Positions 29,201-41,914 of a stretch of DNA of 64,000 bases are shown one piece after another. Numbering within the stretch: position 1 is the first letter of the stretch; every line of letters begins with the position of its first letter. A program made the translations under genes and the position numbers. The notes beneath the pieces were generated by a model. That model made no database searches and was not told where the DNA came from. It saw nothing but the letters and a program-made list of their open reading frames with translations. Source of the DNA: Felis catus (Eukaryota); NCBI RefSeq assembly GCF_018350175.1, contig NC_058368.1:139440001-139504000 (forward strand), read 5' to 3'.

Positions 29201-29866
29201 TAGAAATGGCAGAAAAAGTATGGGTACATAAAAGCACTACCCAGGCTGGCCCAGTGCTGCTCAGTGCCTTAAGTACTTAAGTGTCTTTAAGGAATCATTC
29301 TTGTCCAGGGGAATATAAGGTTCTTTCTGCAAAAAAAGACTACCAGAGATCCAGCCTTGTAGAAAGAAAGTTCTGAGCTCCCTGTCCCACCCTCTCTATC
29401 TCATACACCCTTCTCTCCATTTCCCTGGCCATTGCCCCTGTTATACACCTGCAATGTTATCTCAATTTCCGTCACATCTCAAGTGTACCATCAGCTTCTT
29501 TCAGCTTTTGACCTCACTTCTCTTCCATTCAAAGCTGAGTGTCACGGTAACAACGCCCATGCAAAGCCAGCAAGTCAGCCCCAAGAACGGCATTCTTCTG
29601 TGCAAGCCAACTGCACGTGACCCACCTGGTGGGCCCTCAGCAGGCATAATCTTTGAGGGTTAAATATACTACTCTTCTCCTGCTCCTCTTTCCCCTCGTT
29701 ACCATTTCCCAAGGAGATGATGATGATCAGCTACTCAAGCAGGAAAATGACCTGGAAACTCTGTGTGAGACTTGCCTCAGGTCCACTTTGCCATACTTTC
29801 ACAGAAGTGACTCTGCAGAAACTACGAACCACCTTCAAAATAATGTGGGTGGTAACCCCAACTTAC

Positions 29867-30022
29867 CAGCATAACTTTGTTGATTAACATTTCCCCCTTT
29901 TACTATAAAATGATGAACAAGGTCAGGGTCATTGTGCAGAGCAGCCTGATACAGTAAGTTCTCTCCAAAAATGTTTCTACGGTTAATGTTAGAAAGAGGT
30001 ATTTCATTCATCTTCATTTTTC
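29867..30022 (-). CDS. ANKRD31: ANKRD31 exon (~exon 10), start of ankyrin domain 1, 156 nt
   Basis: tttcAG|ga aaa atg...gct g|GTaagt; KMKMNEIPLSNINRRNIFGENLLYQAALHNDPDLVHHFIVKGGNVNQQSYA(G). Confidence 0.95.
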
Positions 30023-33000
30023 CTGAAATGAGGGAATAAACAAAAGAAAACAAAAAAATAAGAATCCTTATTTGAAAATCAGAAGGAATACATGTAATAG
30101 AGGAATCTAGTCAAGATTCTGGAATTATATTATGAAAAAGTATTGCATCCGTTTACCCAACATTATATAATGTTATCTACAGGCAAAAAGGTGAAAGAAA
30201 AAATGTCATTAGTTTGAAAACACCTGCAATACATGATAAATCATGTAAGAAGTTTATATTTATTGAAACCCCATGAAAAGTACACACTTTAGAAGACTAA
30301 CAGATTCTTTTAAAAAAAAAACAGATTATTTTAAGAGTTCTGGTGAAAAGGATTATTTAAATCTAGATGTTATTAAACCCCCCAAAATACTATAGTACTA
30401 AAATGTCTTATACCACCATGATGAGAAACTCTCAGAAGTACATAAGGAAGATATAAAAACTAACCCCAGTGAGTCCAGAAAAGGCTAAATTTTCTTTCTT
30501 TGCTAAAAAGAGCTGTCATAAAATTAAACAAAGAAATATGATCTTGATCTGTACAATAGTTTTGAACTCCTAAGCCAGAAAATATACAATTAAAATAGCT
30601 TCCCAGGTTATGCATATCATTTCTCCACTGTGTCTCCGAAAATACTGCCATTCCTCATAAGATACTCCAAGTCCTGTCAATTTTTATGGATAATACTTCA
30701 TGTGGTTTTCCCGAATTTGAGAATAGCTTTGGTTATAGCTTTTCCAATTTGAATCTAGCTAACCTACCCCTCCTAAATTCTCACAAAGGTAAATGAGTAC
30801 AGCAGCCCATTTTTTAATGGACTATAACTTATCTGCTTTGCCTTTATTAGACTCCCTCCATTCAGTTCCACTGTAAAAGAAACCAACTTCTGGCCATTTA
30901 ACCTGCTTCCCCCCGTTCTGCTCCTACGAGAAAGCATTCTGCTCCTACAAGAAAACTGTATGCTTACCAAAACCCAGTAGTCTTTACTCTAAGATCTTTG
31001 CCAGTTATATTTGCTATTCTAGTTATGTAATTTATTAAGGTAACAAATTAAGAAGAATGCCAAATTTTTCAATGAAAACTAAGTTGGAGAAGACATTCAC
31101 TTCTAATCATGACTAGACAAAATATATATGGGGTAAAACAAAACAAAACCCTAATATTCAGACACTGGAAAACAGGCAGTTCACATCTACAACTCGTCTG
31201 AGAGGAGGGAAACAAAGTGAGCCCCAAGAGCACTCCAGTTTCTTGTCTGCTGGACAGAAACTGTCTGGATGCACTTTCCAGAACATAGCACAAGCATAGC
31301 AAGGTGATCCTGCTGAACTGAGGAGATAGAGATTAAAGTTTCAGGAGGCTGAGGTGATTAGATTTTGCAGGGCAGGATACCAGGGATGAGGGAGTAAAGA
31401 ATAGGTACCAGAAATCTAAAGAAGGGACTCCTTGGGCCATTATCTGAATACTAAATGGCTCATATGGAGGAGGAGTCTTCATGAGGCTGGGCAAGAACAA
31501 CTATCCAAGAACTATAAAATAATAATCGTGACAGGTCACACAGGCCTGGGTGACATTTACATTCCTGACAGCCTGGGGAGAGAGATCTTTTTGAACAACC
31601 AGGGCATTAGTGGAAGACAAACCAATGACAAGTCATGTCTCAGTAGGAGGAGTTTAACTAGCTCCAGGATAAAGCCTACACCAAACATGCCTAACTACAA
31701 GGTTTTTTAAAAAGTGCTGAAAGGATCAATTTTTTCTTCAAGTCACCGTGGGCCAAAACAAAATGCAACATTCTTAAAATATATGGAGACATTCAATAAC
31801 ATTTTGTTGCATGTGGATGTCCAAGTGTTCTCCTCCACAAAAGCCTTGTGCCTTTGTCAAAATTCAGGTTTTACTTCTGAACTCTTGTTACATTGCTTTC
31901 CCTATCTTGACGCAAAAGTCATGCTGTTGTGGTTACAATAACTATATAATTCTTAAAATCAGGCAGAGTGTTAAGCCCTCTAACTGTTTTACCAGTCTAG
32001 GTCCTCTGCAGTCTATTTGAATTTTAGAACCAGCCTGTAAATTTCTACAAGAAACCATACAGGAACTTTGACTGGGATTGTATAGAATCCATAAATAGTA
32101 TCTAGGGAGAAACAGCATCTTAACAATATTGAGTCTTCTGACTGATGAACAAAGCAACAGACCTCCATTTGTCTCCATCAGATTTTCTTTGATTTCTCTG
32201 AATAATGTTTTGTAAGTTTCAGTGTATCTGTCTTTTACAGTAGTTTGTCAAATTTATCCCTATGTAGTTCATATTTTTTGATACTATGGTATCAATTTTC
32301 ACTGTCACTAGAATATAGAAACACAATGTTTGTGTTTTCATCTCGTATCCTTTAATTGTGCAAAATTCACTTATACTTGCTTTAATATAGATTCCATTAG
32401 ATTTTCTATATAGATGATTATGTCATTTGTGACTAAACAGTTTTACTTCTTTCCCCGAATGAATGCTTTTTATTTATTTATTTTTTCCTGATTGCACTGG
32501 CTAAACCCTCTGGTACAATGTTCAACAGAAGTAGTGACAGCAGACATCCCCTGCCTTAGTTTTGATCTTAGGGGAAAAGTATTCAGTCTTTAAGTATAAT
32601 ACCTGTAAATATTTTTGTAGATGCCCTCTGTCAGGTTAACAAAATTCCCCTTTATTCTTACTTTGCTGAGAGTTTTCACGTGTGATGGATGTTAGGTGTT
32701 GTCAAATGTTTTCTCTGCATCCAATGAGATGATGATATGGTTTTTCTTTTTTAGCTTGTTAGTGAATTACAGTAATTAATTTTTAAATCAAAACTAATCC
32801 TGCATTCCTCAGATAAACCCCACTCTGTTATGATGAATTTGATTTGCTAAAATTTCATTTAGATTTTTGGATCTATGTTTATGAGACATTCATCTGTAGT
32901 TTTCTGTTCCAGTGATGTCTTTGATTTTGGTTTCAGTTCATTGGTGGTTTCATAGAATGAATTGGGAAGTATCTCCTTATCTTCAGCTTTTTGGAAGAGT

Positions 33001-34319
33001 TTGTGGAAAACAGGTACTATTTATTCCTTAAATGTCTAGTAGAATTCACCAGTGAAGGTATTATGAACTGAACTGCATCCCCTCAAAATTCATATGTTGA
33101 AGCCATAATAAAATAGGACTGGTGTCTTTATAAAAAAAAAAGGTAGAAACACCAGACCTCTCCACACATGAAGGAAGGACACTTCAAGAAGATGGCTGTC
33201 TGCAAGCCAGGTAAAGAGGTCTTGCCAGAAATCAAATTCTCTATTACCTTGATCTTAGACATCTAGCTTCCAGAATGGTGAGAATTTGTCATTTAAGCCA
33301 TCCAGTTTGTGGTTTGGTTATGATAACCCTAGCAGACTTACCTAGAAGGCATTGAGCCTACAAGTTTTTTGTTTGTTTGTTGATTTTTTGGTGGCAAAGT
33401 TTTTAACTACAACTGCAGCTTATTTAACAGATAATATTATTATTCAAGTTGCTCATTTCTAATAATTTGTTTCTTTCAGGGAACATGTCCATTTCATCTA
33501 AGTTGCTGAATGCATTGGCAAAAAGTTGTTCAGAACATTCCCTTATTATCCTTTTCATATTTGTAGACTATGAATGATGTTACCTCTCTAGTTTCTGATA
33601 TTTGGAATTTGTATCTTCTTTTATTTCCTCATCAGTCTGGCTATAGTTTATCAATTTTATTGATCGTCTCAAAGCACCAGCTGTTCACTTCATTGATTTT
33701 CTCAACTATTTTTCTGTTTTCTATTTCACTGATTTCTGCTTTACCAGTGCTTTCTCTTTTATTATTTCCATTCTTTGGTTTACTTTGGATTTCATCCACT
33801 TATATTTTTCTAGGTTCTTAAGGCAGAAGAAACTGATGTCCTTAATTTGACAGTGTTCTTCATTTCTAATATACATATTTGGTACTATGTTTCCCCCTTA
33901 ATTACTTTCTGTGACATCCCAAAATATTGCTATGTTGTGTTTTCATTTTATTTTAGTCAAAAACACTTTCAGATTTCCCTTTCAACTTCCTTTTTGACCC
34001 ATGAGTTACTTAAAAGTGTGCTATTTAATTTCAAAATATTTCAGGATTTTACAGAAATCTTTCTATTACTGATTTCTGATTTAATTCCATTGGTATAAGA
34101 GAACATACTCTTTTAATTTAATTCTGTTAAATTTATTGACACTGGTTTTATGGCCAAGAATAAAACTCTTAAAATATTCTGTATTTGAAATTCTGTATTG
34201 TGTATTTGAAAAATATGTGTGATCTTCTGCTGATGGGTGGAAAGTTCTAAAAACTTTAAGTCAAGCTGATCAATAGTGTTGCTTAAATATTCTGTATCAC
34301 TACTGATAATTCCATTTGG

Positions 34320-34801
34320 CTTTTTTAAAAATAATTTAAATTTTTTTAATGTTTATTTATTTTTGAGACAGAGATAGAGCATGAGTGGGGGAGGCAGAGA
34401 GAGGAGACATAGAATCCAAACCAGGCTTCAGACTCTGAGCTGTCAGCACAGAGCCCAATGCGGGGCTCAAACTCACAAACCATGGGATCATGACCTGAGG
34501 TGAAGTCGTCGGAAGCTTAACCAACTAAGCCACCTAGGCACCCCTATAAATTTTTTTTATGTTTATATATTTTTGAGAAAGAGAGACAGAGTGTGAGTAG
34601 AGAAGGGGCAGAGAGAGGGAGGGAGACACAGAATCCAAAGCAAGCTTCAGGCTCTGAGCTGTCAGCACAGCCCATCACAGGGCTTGAACCCATGAACCAT
34701 GAGATCATGACCTGAGCCGAAGTTGTACATTCAACTGACTGAGCCAGGCAGGTGCCCCTGGTTTTTGTTTTTTTTTTTTTTTTTAAGTTTATTTATTTAT
34801 T

Positions 34802-34859
<58 letters not shown>

Positions 34860-35010
34860 AGCAGGGGAGGGGCAGGGAGAAGGAGACAGAATCCCAAGTA
34901 GGCCCCGCACGGTCAGCACAGACAGGGCTCAAACCAACAAACTGTGAGATTATGACCTGAGCCAAAATTGAGAGTCAGATGTTTAACTGACTGAGTCACC
35001 CAGACACCCC
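34320..35010 (-). mobile_element. Tandem cluster of three Can-SINEs
   Basis: Three successive minus-strand SINE bodies, the third with an expanded (GA)n. Confidence 0.9.
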
Positions 35011-35289
35011 TACTTAGCTTATTATAATGACTTAACAATTGCTGAAAGAGTGGTACTGAAATCTCTAATTGCAGATTTGTCTACTTCTCTTGGCAATTTT
35101 ATCAGTTTTTACTTTATATATTTTGGAACTCTATTAAAAGAGAAAACTTGCTTATAATTATGTACTCTTCATGAAGTGGCCTCTGCATCATTATGAAATA
35201 GCTTTCTTTATCCCTGCTAATATTCTTTGTTCTGAAATCTATTTTGTCTGATATTATTAACACATAATGACTCTAGCTTTCTTTTAATT

Positions 35290-35729
35290 TGTATAGTAGG
35301 CTAAATACTGGTCCTCCAAAGGTGTTCACATCTTATCTCTAGAGTCTGAGAATGTTACCTTAATATCAAAAGTGACTTTGCAGGTGTGACTGAGGAGCTT
35401 GGGAAGGGAAGGGTACTTGAATTGCCTGGATGTGCCTTAAATGTAATCATGAGAATCCTCATAAGAGGGTAACAAAATCAAAGAGGAGAAGCAGAGACTG
35501 ACTGACGCAGCCAGGAACAAAGGACTGCCACAGTCTCTAGAAGCTGGAAGAAGCAAGAAACAGATTTCCCCCCTGGAACCTTCAGAAGGAATCAGCCTTG
35601 CTGACACCTTGATTTTTAACTCCTTAATAATCATTTGGACTTCTGACCTCAGATCTATAAGGAAATAAATTTCTGTTGTTTTTAAGTTACTACATTTGTG
35701 GTAAATTGTTATAACAGGAAACTAATACA
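35290..35729 (+). mobile_element. MLT1 MaLR LTR
   Basis: gactttgcaggtgtgact...gaagctggaagaagcaag...aataaatttctgttgtttttaag...ggaaactaataca. Confidence 0.75.
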
Positions 35730-36110
35730 ATTGAGTATTCCGTCGTCCCCCCCCCCGCCCCCACCGCCCATTCTTTTAGTGTTAACCTATTTATGTCTTT
35801 ATATTTCAAGTGTGTTTCTTAAAGTCAGCATGTAGTTGGGTACTGCTTTTTTATCCAATCTGACGATCTCTGCCTTTTAATTGGGAATGTTTGACTATTT
35901 ACATTTACTGTGATTGCTGATATGGTTCGGTACGAGTAATCATCTTGCTATTTGCTTTTAGTTTTTCCTATCCTTTTTTCCCTGTTCCCTCTTCTTCTAC
36001 TCTTTTTGGATTAAAACTGAATTATTTTTTGTTATTCCATTTTATCTTCTTTGTTGGCTTATTAGCTCTAACTTGTTATAAGAATTCCTTTAGGGTTTAT
36101 AATATACATT

Positions 36111-37102
36111 ATTTTTTTTTTATTTTATTTTTTTAGCCTCAACATTGGATTTTACTTTGGGCAGAGGTGTGGGGAGAAGAAGAAGGGAAAGGATGGATAA
36201 ACAAGGTCTCACTAAAGGCTCCAAAGTATATAAGACTGATAGTACAAGGATGGGGGAAGATGGCCAGGTAAATTAGACGGAGGGCCCCCAAGATTCTTTT
36301 TTGTACTGATTTCCATACTCCAATGAAAAATGATATGACATATGTGTAACTGCCTCGCACATGGTATTCAATAACGCCAGTCACTTTTTCTAGCGCTATT
36401 CTCCACAGGCTATGCCATACCTACACATCATCATCCTTCTCCTTTAGGGAATGAAGCTCATCTAGAAAACTAGGGAACTAAAAGCACAGTACAGTTCATG
36501 TGATATAGTTGGCTAGCTGGCTCAGTGGAGGGTCTCACTGTTTTGCCATCTCACCAACTTCACCCTGCCAGGGTAGGGTTGAGAGTAGTTTCCCTAAGAC
36601 CAATCAGTTTATCCTAGAAGATTACATGGGGAGGGCTGTGGGCTGCAACTCTGTAGGGAATACTCCTCTTGATGATTTTGTGGGCTGTCTTCAGGATCCC
36701 AACAGCCTAGATGTACTCAGTATCTTGGAAATCCGTATCATTCACAGGCAGGACTTGGTCCCTTCCCTGAAGTCCTACTCAATGTACGTCAAAGTTAGGA
36801 CTCACCTTAGAGATGAAAATGCCTAGTTGGGAGATCTTTCCTCCTCAGATATTAAATCCCAACAAAGCTCCAGGAGGCTTCTTCATTAAGACAATTCAGG
36901 GCAGAAACTGAGTCAACTCAATGTTGCAGTTAGGGGGTGTACCCTCTCATGAGGAGGAATACACACTGGGGGATTCTCACAGAAAGGCAGGAAAACCACG
37001 AGGTAGTCATTGTACAGAAACAAGCTGTCCATCTGTGGCAAGGTCCTCACCCACCACAGGCCTCAGCCACCCTAGGCTCTGCTCACCACCAATTCAGTCT
37101 CC
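36111..37102 (-). pseudogene. PDZD11: Processed pseudogene of PDZD11 (CDS remnant ~36652-37032, 3'UTR, poly(A))
   Basis: ATG 37032-37030: MDSLFLYNDYLVVFLPFCENPPVCIPPHERVH, then after a frameshift ELTQFLP*IVLMKKPPGALLGFNI*GGKISQLGIFISKV...DQVLPVNDTDFQD; intronless; A-tail at ~36111-36134; degenerate TSD ata(a/g)tataca. Confidence 0.9.
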
Positions 37103-38740
37103 ATAGTATACACCTATAACCCAAGAAAGTCTACCTTCAAATGTTGTATCCTTAAATACATTTTACAATAGTACGTTTCCACTTCTCCCCTCATAGCCTT
37201 TGTTATTATTGCCACACATCTTATTTTTATATCTGTTAAAAAACCTCATAATCCATTGTTGTTTTTTTTGTTTAAACAGTCAACTATCCTTTAAAATTGG
37301 TTAAAAAAAAGATAAAAATCTTGTATTTTTATCCATACAGTTACCATTTCCAATGGTCCTCATTCCTTTGTGTAGATGCAGATTTCCATTTAGTATCACC
37401 CTTCTGCCTAGAGAATGTCCTTTAGCATTTCATACAGTATGAGTCTGTTGGTATTGAGTTCTCTCAGCTTCTATGTGTCTGAAACTTCATTTCACCTTAA
37501 TTTTTGAAAGATATTTTGCTGGGTATAGAATTTTATGTTCTAGTTATAGAACTCTAGGTATAGAAATTATTTTAATGCTCTAAAACTGCTACTCCACTGT
37601 CTTCTTGCTTGCATTGTTTCCAACCAGAAATTGTGTTATCCTTATCTCTATTTTTCTGTATATAACACACATTTTTGTTTCTTAACAACATATATATATT
37701 CTTCTGATTTTTTTTAAAGTTTATTTATTTTGAGAGAGAGAGAGAGAGAGAGCAAGCGAGCATGCACAAGCAACTGGGCGAGCAGCAGAGAGGGAGTGAG
37801 AGAATCCCAAGCAGGCTCCACGCTCAGCACAAAGGCCGACACAGGACTCCATCTCACGAACCTTGTGAGATCATGACCTGAGATGAAATCAAGAGTCGGA
37901 TGCTTAACTGACTGAGCCACCCAGGTGCCCTATCTTCTGACTTCTTAAATGACTGAATATTACTTCAATGGTTATATTACAATTTATTAACTATTCGCCT
38001 AGTTTAGACTACTTCTAGTCATTATGATAAACAAAGCTGTAATGAACATCTTTAAAAAAATATCTTTATGTATGTAAGCAAGTATAGCTACAGAATAAAT
38101 CCCCTTAAGTAGAATTGCTGATTCAAAAGAATTGTGACTTACAAGTCTAATGAATATAAATAAACTGCCCTGTGAAAAGACTGAACAACCTTACACTGAA
38201 CAAACCAACTACATATGAGCATGCTTACTTTTTCCACCTTCTTTCCACTGGGAATTTTCAAATGTTTAAACATTTGACATTCTGTTAAGTGAAAACTATA
38301 CTTCTAATTTACATTTCTTTAATCATAAGGAAGATGCTAATCTTTTCAGTTATTTAACTACATCTATCTATCTATCTCACACTAAACTATGTTTTTTTTG
38401 AGCAAAATTGTAATGCAAAATCCAAGGTGCCGTGTTACTTACTTTATAGTTGAGTCCATCAAAGCCTCCTGTTTCCAGAGAGTGAAAGGTATCAGGTTGA
38501 CACTTGATATTGCATTATTTATGTGTTTACTACTATTTGCAATAACAAAAGCTATTAGAAGATGGGTGTCCTAGGATCAAATATCCCTGCATGAATTAGG
38601 TTTGCTGCTGATTAAAAATGCCTTTGCCCATACTTTGCATCTCCTCTGGATTATGATTTCTGAATATAGGATTTCTTTTGGGGGTAGAGGTACACTATTA
38701 TGTTTCTCTTAGTGTCAGATACATACATAGTGTATATAGT

Positions 38741-38791
38741 TATACACATATATATATATGTATATGTATATGTGTGTGTGTGTGTGTGTAT

Positions 38792-38829
<38 letters not shown>

Positions 38830-38865
38830 ACATATATACACACACACACACACACACATATACAT
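38741..38865. repeat. (TA)/(TG)/(CA) alternating purine-pyrimidine quasi-palindrome
   Basis: (TG)n-TACATGTA-(TA)n-TACATGTA-(CA)n. Confidence 0.92.
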
Positions 38866-39594
38866 TTTTTTTTCCGTGAAGTGCTTGTTCGTGTTGCCTA
38901 CCAACTTTTCTTTATCCTTACTGTTTTCTAACAGTTCTCTGCATGTTAATGCAATTAACTCCTTGTTATGTGTTACTAATATTTCTTTTGTGCTTGATGT
39001 TTGGTTTTCTTTAGGGTGTTTTTCATACAATTTTTTTAAATGTATGTAGTCAGTTTTATCATTCTTTTCCCTCCTGGATTCTGAGTTTGTCATTCTTTGA
39101 AAAGGTGCTTTTCCTTGAAGATTATAAAAAGATTCATTTATGTTTTCTTCTAGAGCTTTTTATTTTTAACTTAATCTTTGGTCAAACTGGAATTAAATTT
39201 AGCATAAGGAATGTTATAGGTATCCAATTTTATTAATGTTTTCATTATTTATTACTTAGTCCTTCTTTTTGCCACCAATTTGAGATGCCAGCTTTATCAC
39301 ATACCTTCCCCAATATACACACTGTACCTGGCTTCTAACATCTAAATTCACCTGTTTCCTTGATTTATCTGTCTATTCCTGTGCCAAATTACTTCAATTT
39401 CTATGGCTTTCTAATTGCTTTCATATTCATTACAGCAGGTTCCAGTCTCTCCACTCTTCCTGTGCTTTTATTTTTCAGAATATTCTAGGCTAGTCTTTCA
39501 TATTTAGTATGATTTTATAACATTCTTATAGCTAATCTCCAGCCTTATAAAAAATAATACAAAATAAAACAATTGACATATAAACAATGTTGTT

Positions 39595-39829
39595 TTTTTT
39601 GTTTGTTTTTAAAAAAAATTTTTTTTAACGTTTGTTTATTTTTGAGACAGAGAGACACAGAGCATGAAGGGGGGAGGGGCAGAGAGAGAAGGAGACACAG
39701 ACTCCGAAGCAGGCTCCAGGCTCTGAGCCATCAGCCCAGAGCCTGACGCGGGGCTCGAACTCACGGACCGCAAGATCGTGACCTGAGCTGAAGTCGGACG
39801 CTTAACCGACTGCGCCACCCAGGCGCCCC
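39595..39829 (-). mobile_element. Can-SINE
   Basis: TSD taaacaatgtt either side. Confidence 0.92.
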
Positions 39830-40937
39830 TAAACAATGTTTTTGATTGAGCTCTCATGCATTTATAAAGAGACTTAGGGACAAATAAATTTCTTATGACA
39901 CTGAATACTTACGGTCAAGAGTAAGGTTCTTCTTTCTGTTTATTCAAGTTTTTTCTTATATTAGCAGAATTTTTAAAGTCTCTTCTTTATAGGTAAGGTA
40001 CATTTCTTATTAGTTACATAAGCAGGTATTTTCTCTCCTGTGTAATTATTACAAATGGGACCTTCTCCTATATTTTCTGAGTAACTTATATATATGAAAG
40101 GCATTTATTTTTGTCTTATTTTAGTTAAATGAATTTTTTAAAAGTTTTATTTGGAAATAATTTCAGGCTTACAAAAAAGTTATAAAAACAAAAGATTCAC
40201 CCATTGTTAGCATTTTGCCACTACTTTATGTCATTCTAGCTCCTTTTTTATATAAACATATGCATGTACACAGACATTTACATAAATAATAACTTATATA
40301 CACCATGACCCTTTTGTCACTAATACTTAAGTGTTTATTTCCTAAAAACAAAAATATTCTCTTAAGTAACCAAATTATTATTAAATTCAGGAAATTTAAC
40401 AATGATATATTATTATTTAACCTGTAGTTCGTATTTTAATTTTTCAACTGTACCCCTATTATATTTTAAACAGTATTTCTAGATTCTTATTGTTTCTGAT
40501 AGTTTGTTAGAATATTCTTTGGGGTTTTTTTAGGAACAAAAATAACATCTTAGAATAACAATAATTTTGCCTTCTCCTTTCCTCTATTCATTCCTCTTGG
40601 TATGATTTCTCAAAGTCTTATGCTACGTTGGTTACATCACAAATAGGTCAAATATGTAAATTTGAAAAGAGTTCTGTAACTATTCTCTCCAAAGGAGAAG
40701 TATAGAAAAAATGCCAGCCTATAAGCCAGAAGTTAGTGATCAAGTCCTAGTTATGCTACTAATGAGCTGTGCACTACCAGGAAAAATACTTAACCTTTCT
40801 CAACTTCTTCATCAGTAAAATGAGAAAGTTGAGACAGATAATCTAGATCATCTCTAAATCCTTTTCAGTACCAAAATTCTATTTTTTTCTAAGCTACTTA
40901 GTTAAAAAAAATTATAAAGAAATCAAATATGCCTCAC

Positions 40938-41047
40938 CATTTTTTCCAGCAAGTTTTCTGTTTTTCCTGATCTGTTTTCCACTCTTGAGTCTGGCTGAAT
41001 GCATATTCTTCCTTTTACCTTTAATCATTAAAGCAGGATCCTGCATT
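40938..41047 (-). CDS. ANKRD31: ANKRD31 internal exon (~exon 9), 110 nt, phase 2->1
   Basis: tttttcaAG|a atg cag...aat g|GTgagg; MQDPALMIKGKRKNMHSARLKSGKQIRKNRKLAGKN. Confidence 0.93.
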
Positions 41048-41199
41048 CTTGAAAAATAAGTATGTTTTTAAAATTACTATCATGTCCTCTACAACCATTC
41101 ACAGAGAATCATATCAAATGTTGACTAAATTTTGAAAACTGAAAGGTATTTTACTGAGCTACTGTCAAGCAGCTGGCAGTTTTAAATATGGAGATTGCA

Positions 41200-41650
41200 G
41201 GGCATCTAGGTAGCTCAGTTGGTTAAATGTCCGACTTTGGTTCAGGTCATAATCTCAAGGTTCATGGGTTTGAGCCACGCATCGGGCTCTGTGCTGACAA
41301 CTCAGAACCTGGAGCCTGCTTCAGACTGTGTGTCTCCCCCTCTCTCTCCCCCTCCTCTGCTCACACTCTGTCTCTCTCTCTCTCTCTCAGAAATAAATAA
41401 ACGTTAAAAAAAAAAAGACTAGGGGCGCCTGGGTGGCGCAGTCGGTTAAGCGTCCGACTTCAGCCAGGTCACGATCTCGCGGTCCGTGAGTTCGAGCCCC
41501 GCATCAGGATCTGGGCTGATGGCTCAGAGCCTGGAGCCTGTTTCCGATTCTGTGTCTCCCTCTCTCTCTGCCCCTCCCCCGTTCATGCTCTGTCTCTCTC
41601 TGTCCCAAAAATAAATAAACGTTGAAAAAAAAAATTTTTTAAAAAAAAAA
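41200..41650 (+). mobile_element. Older Can-SINE with a young SINE (from 41422) inserted in its A-tail
   Basis: TSD aaaaaaaaaagacta around the second copy. Confidence 0.92.
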
Positions 41651-41914
41651 GACTAAAATATGGAGCTGACTTCTGAATAAATTGCAGATAATTCTGTGAC
41701 AGGCATGTCAGTCAGTGTGATTTCTAGCCTTTTCTTTGTACCTGAATTTCTTATGGGCTTCTCTCCTTTATGAGAAGTCATCTATAAGTATTCTGAGTCT
41801 CTTGCCCCTCACTCCCCAAATTGGCATGCTACTATCTATTCACCTTCTAGGGAAAAAGAGACAGGTTCTTTGCAAGAAAAAAGAACTTGCCATATGGGAT
41901 TGCAGTGACCAAAA

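Larger units (their letters stand above)
31800..37680 (-). mobile_element. Old degraded L1M fossil hosting MaLR LTRs, a SINE cluster and the PDZD11 retrocopy
   Basis: Minus-strand ORF2 remnants (e.g. CSSVRRLNIVKMLFLPR); T-rich plus strand. Confidence 0.75.
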
